The position numbers and the translations under genes were made by a program. Positions 1-64,000 of a stretch of 64,000 bases of DNA are shown piece by piece. The number at the start of each line of letters is the position of its first letter. Positions within the stretch are counted from its first letter, which is position 1. Below the pieces are notes generated by a model that was not told the origin of the DNA, ran no database searches, and saw only the letters and a list, made by a program, of their open reading frames with translations. The stretch comes from Octopus sinensis (lineage: Eukaryota): positions 30,566,001 to 30,630,000 of the forward strand of contig NC_043012.1 of assembly GCF_006345805.1 (NCBI RefSeq). The letters are read 5' to 3'.

Positions 1-57
<57 letters not shown>

Positions 58-549
58 GTTTACATATATATATAAATATATATGTATATATGTGTGCATG
101 TATGTATATAAGTATATACATACATACCTACGTGTACACACATACGCACACACACACACACGTTTGTGTGTGGTGTGTGTATAGTCATACTAGTTTGAAT
201 CTGTTTCTTCTGAGATACGTTTCTGCATTTATATAAAGATTCCATATAGCACGTTAGGTCGTTCTCAGCTATTGCAAGTAAAAACCCAGCTGGGGCATCG
301 CATTCTGTTGAAACTTGCCCCATTCATTACTACCATATACTTTCTATGAAGGATAAAAGGATTTCATTGATAGTTTATGTCAAGATTCTGTATTAATTAT
401 CGCTATCTTCATCCATCATCATCAACATCATCATAACATGCCAGAAATCAACATTTATTGTTAATAATATTTCTGAAAGAAAACTGCTATTCCGTTACAC
501 AACCTAAACTATTTCGGGTTAGAAATTATATTGAAATATATTAAGGAAG

Positions 550-630
<81 letters not shown>
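550..630. repeat. (AAT)n microsatellite
   Basis: Directly visible. Confidence 0.95.
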
Positions 631-631
<1 letters not shown>

Positions 632-877
632 CATAGTTAAAATTTAAAAAATGTTTTAAAAAATATCAAGAAATACTGGAGTTATGACTATTCTAAACGG
701 GCCATTTCCTTTGAACAATGCAATCGAATGCAAAAAAGAAGGAGCGAAAAAGCAATACGGAGATTTGCAATCCGAAAGAGAAGTAGAAGGAACGATCCAT
801 AAAAAATTGGTAAACGAAGAATAAATGAATGAAAATTCTGGAAGCAATGCATGTATATATAGATATATTTGACTTAC

Positions 878-889
878 CAGGCCGAGACT
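878..889 (-). CDS. Candidate 12-nt microexon (phase 1-1; adds ESRP after Ig23)
   Basis: Minus strand reads tttcatattttcttcgctatatctcttgcag|AGTCTCGGCCTG|gtaagt. It has a strong pyrimidine tract, a consensus donor and preserves frame. No homology or transcript support. Confidence 0.4.
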
Positions 890-1099
890 CTGCAAGAGAT
901 ATAGCGAAGAAAATATGAAACATGTACGATGTTGTTCAAGAATGCTGTGAATGGAAACTGGCTTTCTTTCCATTCCGATTCATATGTTTTTTGCCTAGAA
1001 AAAAATCATGCCATATACTTTTGGAAAATCGTCTCAAACGATGAATTCTGGACGCATTTCAGCAGTTAAACATACTAAATGCATAAGGTGAATCCTATC

Positions 1100-1251
<152 letters not shown>

Positions 1252-1430
1252 TTCTTTGGAAAATAATTTGCAAGTAGTTCCTGGATTTTAGTGAATTCCT
1301 ACACCTGTCAACTGTCGGAAAAAAGAAGATTGTTTCTTTTTAAAATGCAAACGGTTTTGCTAGTTGACGGGTATAGACAAGTATATAACTTATGTACAGG
1401 AACCGCTGTCATGCCACAATGGGCCATTCG

Positions 1431-1473
<43 letters not shown>

Positions 1474-4400
1474 CATACATAATTATTCTTTTGTTATACC
1501 AAAACGTAAACTTTAAAAAGTTTGCAATTCCTTTAAAGAAACCTGCCACAAAGCTAAGACTTATCTCACGATTGCACACCGAAAACCAGACAAAAACTAC
1601 GGAAGCCTATCCTTTCGACCTAGTAAAGATATTTTCAACAACTCTATCCTACTGAGTGTAACCTTTTCTTTTGACCAGAGTTTTACTACAACAGCCTATC
1701 CTAGCCCTGTCACCGAGATGTTTAAAACCTGTCATAGATTGAGACGCTGGCATTGTAAAGTTTAAAACATTTGAATTTTATTTTTTTAAACGGCTTAATC
1801 AAAGAAGATATGGCAGCGCATATGACATTCTATTCAAGAGTTGCTAGGAATATAAGCAAGTTCTTATGAGCTGAAGACTAGGTCTGAGTTCTTGCAACAG
1901 TGTGGACTCCGTTAAACGCAGCTGATGGTTAAATGTTTGGGTTAAACCGTCTGACGTAATACATCTGTTACAGATGTAACTAATTTATTATTTGTTGTAA
2001 TTGATTTATTTAGGGAAGTAGTTTATATTTAGTAGTTTATATTTAGTAGTGATTTTTATTTCGAGTTTATTTTTACTCTAATGACATTCTTATCATCTTC
2101 GGATGCGAGTTCAAAACCCACGACTTTCATTGCTAACGAGAACAAAATATTTTCAATAAGCAACAGAAAAGCAGATTACTGTGAAGAATTTGAAAGAGAA
2201 AGAAGGAGCGAGCGAGAGAGAGAGAGAGAGGGGGAGAGAAGGAGAGAGGCAAAGAGAAAAGTAGAAAGAGAGAGGTGGGAGGGATTGGTATTTATGAATG
2301 TCCGTCAATGAAAGAATGAATTTTGAGTTTACATCAAAAGATGGTTAGGGTTAATATTTATGTTCGCTTCGTTGTTTGGTTTATCGTTAGATTTAAAGGA
2401 GGACGAAATACAGAAATTTATTTGTGATTAGATATAAATTAGACATGACAAGTTAGTATTGTTTTGCGTGGTAGACATATGATAGTTTTTGTTTAGATGT
2501 GGCATATATTTAGATATATTTGCTAGATGGCGCATTAATTGCATGTTTTATTGACAAAACACATTGGAATGGAGATGAGCGGGAGCGGCGGTGGCGGCGG
2601 GGACACAAATTGAATGTTATTTTAATATGGCGCTTTTATTAATCAAATTTTATTTTATGTTGCACTTTTGTGAAAAATTAAGTCGTTGGTTTCTAGTTTC
2701 TAGTAAGCTAGTTATTAGTTCATTGTATTTTCAATGATGACAGTGACAAGAGATTATTTGTGAAACTCAGGTGGAACAAACATCACATAAAGGAGTTTCA
2801 TTCGAAAGCCCTTGTTTATTGTTTATCCTTTTTTATTTGCCGATGCCTGCATTTATCGCCGATATACATCGACAAAAAATGGACTTGTCCAAAGTAACGC
2901 CTAGAGTGAACACACGCTACTTTGAACACGGAGGCATGTAGTTACAAAATGAACCCCTTATCGACACAACCATGTCCGCGTTTTGATATAGCACGTAAAA
3001 ATGCTATTTAGAAGTGATAAATTAAAATGTAATTGTGTTGTATGACATTAAAACGTAGTTACAACATAATTGTTATAGATCAAACTATAATATTATGCAA
3101 ATTTAACTCAATGAAATATAGTTTTATAACGCAGATTATAGTTCACAATATAATATAGATATATTGGACACAGTAGAAAATCTCTCGTACTTTGATAATG
3201 TGTCACATATGATATAGAATATTGATCTGATTTTAGATGTAGAACGTTAGAATGTAATTTTATAAAGTCTTTTTCTAGCACATTCTAAAACAACTTAGAA
3301 GCGACACATAAAAATTTAATTTTGATGTGGATCACTAGGATGCAACTGAAATTTAGTGCAATATGATCCAGAACTGATTTAGCCCATTTGAATAAAGTTT
3401 AATATATTTAGTTGACTAATGAACGACATCGTCAAGACAAATTATATTTTATTACGGTTATAATGCGCTACCGTGTAAATGAAAAAAATTTTTTCTGATT
3501 TTCTTATAAATAATTCTATCTAGAGTGGTTTTCTTTGATAAATTTATACATTTACTTGTCGTGTAATGGTTACGTATTTGGTCTTGATGCAATCATGAGA
3601 TGAGGTTTGTGATGACCTTTGCTAACAAAAACTGAAAGAAAGAGAAGCAATGAAAGGAGAGATGAAACTAATGGAAGACAACATTGGATGAATGTTATAA
3701 AAAAAAAAATGGAGAAATCACGGGATTAGCAGCCGATTTTTCAAAAGAGAGAAATGAAGGAAAAAAATCTTTAAAAAGTCTTTTAGAACTGTTGCATAAT
3801 AATGTAAAAATGAAATGAAGAAAAAAAATCTGCATTTTACTGAAGGGTAGGAGTATATGTGGACTGTAGTCTTGTGTTCTTCGAATCCGGTAGAAGATTG
3901 TGTAAAGAATTAGGACAGTGTGTGTTTTAGTTTGAGACACTGAGCTGGTAGGGAAAATAATTAAAGAAAACGGCATCAACCAAAATGGAAAAATATTAAA
4001 TAGAAAATAAAAATACAAATAAAAAAATCTCATAAAATAAAACAAAAAATTAAAAAATACAAACCAAATTGTTAACATAGGGGAAAAACGACAAGACAAT
4101 ATTACACACGAAAATATGAAGCTTTTCCACAAAATTATAGAAGGATCAATAATTTAGTTTTCTGTTATTTTCGAAATGTTATCCATGTCATAATCATCTA
4201 TTTTTTTCCTCACAACATTTCGACTGTTATATTCTCCAGGTGTATTCTGATGTCACATTATCTGTGTGGCAACAGAGTTAGAAATCGGCAAAAATTAAAG
4301 AAATAAAAAAAATATGGATTGAAATATTTAAAAAAAAAAAGAAACCCACACAATTAGTAAATATGTAGATGACTATCCCAAAATGCAAAAAGCATCGATC

Positions 4401-5237
4401 AAAAAAAAAAAAACAAAAAAACTCTAAAATAATACAAATTACAAAAATATAATATTAATAATTATTGTTATTGACGCATCAAGAGAAATTTCAATTTAAT
4501 TTTTTTTTCTTTATAATATTTCACGAATGAAATTTAATTCAGTTAAAAATCACAGCAAGAAACGATGTTTTCTCAACTCATTCAACATTTTGTCATTTAA
4601 ATCATATTTTAAATTTAGCACAATGAAACCGATTTCTAATTAGCTATTTTATCTAATTTTACCCCAACACCTATCCTATTATTGAACGGGGTTGATAAAA
4701 TATGGTACTATTTAAGTACTGTGGTCAATGGCATCGACCGAAGCCTTCCTCTCGAAGTTACTGGCCTTGTGCCAAAACCAGAAGTTGTTACTGTATTGGC
4801 GCCATAATTTTGAATGTCTGGATGAATTATCCTGCAACGAACTAGTGAATCTTCAATAAGGAATGGACTCGACCACCCGCTCTCTCTCGTTTTATCTGAT
4901 ATATTTTAATCTTCATTAATTTAGCACAGTTAAGCTCTAAATTCTCTTGTCATATTTTAATTAAATCCAGTTATTACTGCATTCACTCTTATTCACCGCA
5001 TCTTACTCGTTTCATTTTTAAGACCCATGTACTTCGGCAGATTTTTGCAACTAAGTTGGGACGATGTTTTAATCAGAAAATGTCTCAGACATTTTAACAC
5101 TTGTCCATGGTAATCACATCATGGTGGTTTACCTTTATTTCATTCTCAATCTGGTCATGTATACCCCAAATGGTTGTAGCAAAGTGAATACAACTTAGCG
5201 TGTTTTGGTACATATCTATATACCTGTTATGCTATTA

Positions 5238-5784
5238 TTATTATGTGAGAGAGCAGTGCATGCCATCAAAGTGACACTGGGGTAAAATATACGAAGCACA
5301 GTATACAAATCATGACTAACCGTCTGATAAGGGTACACCAGGCACATGCATCAGAACCATATGTACGCACATAGTGATCTTATATCAAGATAAACAGCGC
5401 ATGACCTTGCAGGTAGGGTCCAGTTAGAATTTTCTTCAAGTTGAGTAGCCCATCCCACTGGGTAAGGTTTTCTTAAAGATGTTGAACGAAACACCCATGT
5501 TTCTGGAGGTGAATTATCCAAACCCCAAAGAATTCCTCTCAACACACAGCTATGATGCTCCCCCACTACTTCAGCATGATCATCAGAGATGCACATATCG
5601 TCAGCCACTAAGGGACATGCTCAACTGGTTAAGGTCAAACAACTGCCAAGCAAATATTTGGTATTGAGCAGAATATTTGCTGTAGCCCATATTTTATACC
5701 AAGACAAAACAATGTACATGATAACACTTCCAATCAGTTAAGATCAGAAGCCACGAGAGCCACTGCCTGTCACTGAATCAGGGC

Positions 5785-5790
<6 letters not shown>
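5238..5790 (-). mobile_element. Interspersed repeat family D (~550 bp, AAT-tailed on minus), copy 1
   Basis: Aligns by eye over ~500 bp to 56240-56750. Confidence 0.85.
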
Positions 5791-5823
<33 letters not shown>

Positions 5824-6396
5824 CATAAAGAAGCAGAACAAGGCCTTTGGTGATTAATATATAAATTTCCACCCTTTCCGGAAAGTGGTTTGACAAACTA
5901 AATATCAGTCATATACAAGGGTATATGGATTCTAAGTGACCATTTATGGATACTAGAAATTTCTGATCTTGAGGCCGTGTGCAAGGGCAACTATCAAATA
6001 TTTGCGACCTTGCAACCATCTTTGTGATGGTTTTGTAATACTAATATTATTGTTATTCCAATCACACAAAATATAGAATCGGTTAAATTGTACCAGATAA
6101 TAAAATATGAAAAAGAAATTTAACAATAAAGAAAAACAAAAGCACCACGTTGAAATAAAAATTAAAATAAATTACATAATTAGATAAATAATAAATAAAA
6201 GGAACACATTTACACAACGGATATTTACTCAGCATATATATATATATACACGCATACATACACATATACACAGATATATACATACATACACGCGCACATA
6301 TATGCATAATTCATGATAAATGCACAATATATATATTAAGTAATATTCATACATCCACATACATATGTATATACAATATATAAAATATACATTTAA

Positions 6397-6486
<90 letters not shown>

Positions 6487-7233
6487 TGGTATGTATGTAC
6501 ATGTATACGTATTGCACACATATTGATACTGTTTTGCTGCTCAGAGTATCTCCCTCAACGCAATTCTTCAAACAATAAAACGAGAAAGTGTATAAATGGC
6601 AGGTTGGGCATTTCTGGAAAGAACGTGGTATTTCAGGCGCTGTTTCTATTGGACTACTCATCTGCAATGCAAATGTTACACTTCGTTGGTTGCAAGTATG
6701 ACAGGTTTTGAATGATTGTGAATGCATTACGTTTTTAGTTTCCAGATATGTTGCAATAGATGTATTGAATTGATTCAACTTTGTATCTAAAGGTATGTAA
6801 TTGCTTTGAATGAGCAATCTTTCAGTGTTCACTGTGAAACTAATGCATTACGGACAAGTCTTATGTCTTAAGAGCAACATACACTTTCCTTAAATTTAGG
6901 GGCAGAATATTTCCTCCAAGGGGCCAAGGAAAACATTTCCTCGAAGGAATTCTGAATCTTGTCTGCTTAAAATTTAGAATGGCTAAAATTTTCCTTTCAC
7001 CAGGGAGAACCAACATCATATCATAATATGACTTTGTATGGATTTCGAAAAAGGCAGGGACCTTTGCATAAAAACTTCTTTACAGTGTATCCCAATCCGC
7101 CATTCATTCCACTCGTCTGCAGAAGAATCGGAGAGAACGACAAAACTTTAAGTAGCGACAGAATGAATCACTCGCTTCGCATATATATATATATATATAT
7201 ATATAAGTATAACGAGTGAGATAAAGAATCTAG

Positions 7234-7269
<36 letters not shown>

Positions 7270-7566
7270 GATACATCTAAATACAATTTTAGTGGTTAAA
7301 CGTTGATTGCATGGCAGCCATAACTGTGTTTTCTCATTTTCTTCCTCACCACATTGACTGAAGCATTAGTAAAGAAATCGTAACAGTGTTTGTTATGTTG
7401 GACTTGAGCAAAGGAACGAACGAGGCTTCACATACACGTGTTACAGAGATGCGTTACAGTCACGATTTACCGCAGCTTGCATTTGCCATCCGCAGCAGCA
7501 GCAGCACGAGCAGCGTCAACATCATTATCACCATAATTATCACTATAATCATTATCACCATCAACA

Positions 7567-7610
<44 letters not shown>

Positions 7611-7766
7611 GCATCAACATTCCATTTTTAACGATTATTATTAGTGACGCCATGTTTTTTCATGTGTTGGTTTGTTTATGAAGCAACATAATACTAAGAT
7701 TACCAAAAGAAAAAGACAATGAGACGTGTAACAATAACTATATACACAAATACATGTATCCATCCA

Positions 7767-7821
<55 letters not shown>

Positions 7822-8079
7822 GGATGGATAGATGGATGGATTATAATAAAACGGAAGGAGAAACACAGGACAACACAATGACGATTCAATGAATAAATAA
7901 ATAATATAACAATGACAACAAAAAATACAATAAGAAAAACAACAGCACCGAAAAGCCTGACTGTGTGTTCTCATTGCCATGTGGTGGCCATTTGGAAAGA
8001 TTCACCTTGTACAGCAGCAAACATTCCAGAAATAAAATAGCAATTTTTAATAATAATAATAGTTTCAAATTTGGGCACA

Positions 8080-8260
8080 ACGCCAACAATTTTAAGACGG
8101 TGATGGTTAGTCGATAATGTCGACCCCAGTACTTGACTGGTACTTTATTTTATCGATCCCTAAAGGGATGAAAGACAAAGTTAACCTCCGCGGGATTTGA
8201 ATTCTGGACGTAAAGAGCAGTAATAAATACCGCAAGGTATTTTTGCTCGACCCTCTAACG
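8080..8260 (-). mobile_element. SINE family B
   Basis: cgaccccagtacttgactggtactttattttatcgatccc...gaatt. Confidence 0.8.
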
Positions 8261-9074
8261 ACGTATCTGATCTGAAAATCTGAAAACATCGAAAATATTA
8301 AAATCGATTAAAACATTTCTCTGTGGCTGTAGAGTATGTGAGATTTTGTTTCCCTGTAAGAAGTAGTTTGTTTTATATATTTTCGAATTGGAAAAGGGGA
8401 CACGATAAGCACTTCAACCATCACGGTTACAGCAACAATGATAAGAAGAAGAACAAACATTCATTCGCACAGAAGTGAAATGCGTAAGGATTCTAAACGT
8501 GTCAAACTATGAAGAACAGACTGGTTGTCTAAATTATATTCCATTCCATTATATTGCGACCAAGACTGCAACACTTTGCCGCCCCTCTGAAGTGGATGTT
8601 GATCCCTCTTCCCAGAGAGTGTAGGAACTCATTTACAGCCAAGTGGACTGGAATAACCGAATGAAGTGTTTTGCCCAAGAACACAACGCATCCTCTTTAG
8701 TATCGGAATGCAACATGCCAACCACGTGACCACACGCCACCAACAGTCTCAACTTAATCGGCATCGCAAGACCACTGTCCACCAGTCGGACATTGATACT
8801 TGTTTTAGAAGGTCGACATCTCCGGTTTATTCTCCCATTTATTGGTGTACAGATGATGGACTGGACAAATACACAGGCAGGAGGGCAAGTGAGGTCGTTC
8901 AATGTAAAACTTATCTAATCTAATCGACAGAGATACTATCGAATGACGGGAACCAAGCCAGATTCCTCGACGATTCCAAGGAGACTTGGCTACGCGACTG
9001 CCCTGATGGCAATCTGACGTGGACCACTTTTAAAGTCCCGTCTCTCCTCTCAACTCGCCCAGCAGTGGCTCAGA

Positions 9075-9131
<57 letters not shown>

Positions 9132-9651
9132 ACTGTTGTTACTGCTGCTCCTCCTCCTCCATTTCCAGCTACTGCTTCTACCCTCCTCCTCCTACAACTG
9201 CTGCTGCTGCTATTTCTACAAAGTCTAATGCATCATAATTTGACACGTATGATGAAGGGGGAATAAAGTCATACCACAATGGAGAAGAAAACAAATACGT
9301 ATTTTCATAAAATATAAATAAATAACGGTAAAAAAAAAAAAGTAAAAGACAAACAAAATCTCATAATACAACATAAAAAGTAAGGAAATCGATATAAGAA
9401 AGTAGTTTTAGATTTGCTCTGAAACGTTTTTGGTGTTAGGAAAGGGAAAAAGAAAAACAATCCGAGGATGTTTTGTTCTTGAGGAGTTCGCATGTGTGCT
9501 TTTGGTTGCCCTGAACGACGTGAAGTGGGTGGCATTCAAGGAATTCGAAACTGCGGTCTGTTGACTGCAACTAGGGAATAACTTTACATATTTTATTTAG
9601 TGATTGTGATATCCAAACATTGTTTTAGAGCAAGTCTATATTCATACATAA

Positions 9652-9758
<107 letters not shown>

Positions 9759-9850
9759 CTTAAATCATTATATGTATATATATATAAATCCTAATTGTGT
9801 GCCTGTATATTCCAATTGTACAAATCAGTGGAAACGACGTGTTTACTCAC

Positions 9851-59279
<49,429 letters not shown>

Positions 59280-59404
59280 CTAAAAAAGAAAAAAAAACAA
59301 CAAAAAGTTTATTCATCGATCAGAATCAATCGATCAGGTTTAAATTATTTGATTTTACTGAAAAGATTTAAAGCAAAGATTGCCTTGATGGGATTTGAAT
59401 ATTA

Positions 59405-59590
59405 AAAAGGCCGTTAAAATGCGACGGGATATTTGTTACGGCTCTTTAAGTTCTGAGTTCAAATCCTACAGGGGTGAACTTTACCTTTTATTCCTGGGAG
59501 CAGGGGGAGAAAATAGGATCCAGTTAATTACTGGGGTCGATGTTGTCGACAAACCCCTTTATTCACAACTGCTGGCCTTGTGCCAAAAGT
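59405..59590 (+). mobile_element. SINE family B, diverged
   Basis: ttctgagttcaaatcc...ctggggtcgat...ggccttgtgccaaaa. Confidence 0.7.
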
Positions 59591-60495
59591 GGAAGCCAGT
59601 TCAAATCCTGCTATGGTCAACCTTGCCTTCTATCTCTCCGGTATCAATAAAATAACTCCCCAATCAAATATTTCGGTCGATGGCATCGAGTAACAACTCC
59701 CCTTTGCTCTAAATTACTGGTCTTGTGCCTAAATGAGAAACACCACCCCAACTCTCTCCACAGGGTATATCATATTTTATTATATCCTCGAACGCACCTA
59801 TGTCTATCCTTAGAGATAATCCTTCTATGTATTTACATAAGTAGTTGATTGGTATCATTCCACTGTACCAATTAAAGATTGGTATAATATGACGGACACA
59901 TTATTTACATACCATTCTGTATTTTAATTCCATAACTGACAACATTTATAGAATCTCGTATTACTATTTCCTGGAACAGAGCTCTCTCTATCCTTATAAG
60001 TAACATATCTTCACAGAAACGAATGCGTATTATTCCTGATGTATCAATTACAAATTGGTTAATGGACAAATTCCTTAGCTACCATAATGTTTTTCATTCA
60101 ACAGCTAAGTTTGGTGTAATTCTTTAGCTTTTCAACAGTTCCATTAGTGTGTAGACTCTGTTAACAGCGGATCAAATAACAGATAAATGTATTATAGTCA
60201 TTTGGTATTAATTTTATAATACGCTATTACCGTTTATCGTTCGAATTAATGGCAGCCATAATGTTCTATCTGGTAGCTTATCTCTATGCTATCTTAATGG
60301 TTCTAGTGATTGGACTACGGCCATGCTGTGGCACCGCCTTGAAGAATTTAGCTGATCGAATTGGTACTAATATTTATTTTAAAGACTGATACTAATTCTA
60401 TCTGGTTTTGTTAATGACGAACCTCGAAGACACGGGGACAAAGACAAACCAACGCTGATTGTCAAGCTGTTAAGAACTAACACTCACACACACAA

Positions 60496-60532
<37 letters not shown>

Positions 60533-60560
60533 ACACACACACACACACACCACACACACA

Positions 60561-63098
<2,538 letters not shown>

Positions 63099-63194
63099 AT
63101 ATTATGCACACATGTATATATGTATATACATATCTATATTATATATATATATATTATATATATATATATATATATTATATATACCGGAGTAAAC

Positions 63195-63352
63195 ACATAA
63201 ATGTGAAACAAGATGGAAAAAGAGTACTCAAATACCAGTGGTAGAGTAATATGCTTTATTTAAAGCAGCAGAAAATTCAACAAAACCTGTTACTTGAATT
63301 TACTCAGAGTAACAGGTTTTGTTGAATTTTCTGCTGTTTTAAATAAAGTATA
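63195..63352. repeat. Inverted repeat (45-bp arms, 2 mismatches, 13-nt spacer) of the same family as 45490-45728
   Basis: 63250-63294 is the reverse complement of 63308-63352. Confidence 0.85.
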
Positions 63353-63438
63353 ATATATATATAGAATAAAACTTTATATATAAAGAACGTGAAATACACG
63401 AATTGACGAACACGGAAAACAGACAGTCATTCAGAGCC

Positions 63439-63550
<112 letters not shown>

Positions 63551-63671
63551 ATATACATACATATATAATACATATATATATGCATTATATACATACATAT
63601 ATATTACATATATATAGCATATATAATATATATATATACATATATATTAATATATACATATATATATATAC

Positions 63672-63709
<38 letters not shown>

Positions 63710-63788
63710 ATATCTAGAGACAGACATATACACACACACACACACACACATCATATATATATATATATATGTATATATATATGTATAC

Positions 63789-63819
<31 letters not shown>

Positions 63820-63820
63820 C

Positions 63821-63874
<54 letters not shown>

Positions 63875-64000
63875 CATTTAGAATAATTTTCTATTCATCT
63901 GACGAACCGAAGAGAGAGATTTCGAGTGACAGTTTGTAAATTTTCAAAAGTAACAAATCATACATGTCTGTGTGATGTGTATCTATCTATATATAATATA

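Noticed and set aside
8633-8923. Overlapping ~88-aa ORFs as candidate Ig24 exons
   Set aside because: No filamin motifs, and they overlap a SINE family E fragment
63899-63945. CTGACGA near the window end
   Set aside because: No GAAA or stem I; possibly a very decayed remnant

Overview
Eukaryotic, AT-rich DNA, very dense in microsatellites and SINEs. The repeat style suggests an octopod cephalopod (inference). The one supported protein-coding gene is a filamin on the minus strand. Thirteen hand-spliced exons (59279 to 9851; 2107 nt, 702 codons plus 1 nt, no internal stop) encode the second half of Ig16 through Ig23 (human FLNA numbering). The gene is open at both ends: the actin-binding domain to early Ig16 and the hinge-2/Ig24 exons were not found. 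A ~29 kb intron separates the Ig16 and Ig17 exons. The introns hold several tRNA-headed SINE families, a Tc1/mariner relic, a HERO-like non-LTR relic, LINE fragments, MITE/Helitron-like pieces and a ~1.28 kb near-identical tandem duplication. The most interesting signal is a set of minimal type I hammerhead ribozyme motifs from several distinct sequence families. Several have palindromic stem III, one sits in a ~296-nt direct-repeat retrozyme-like unit, and two form an inverted U4C-variant pair. A candidate 12-nt filamin microexon lies at 878-889. All alignments and folds were done by eye from recalled consensus sequences; no searches were run.
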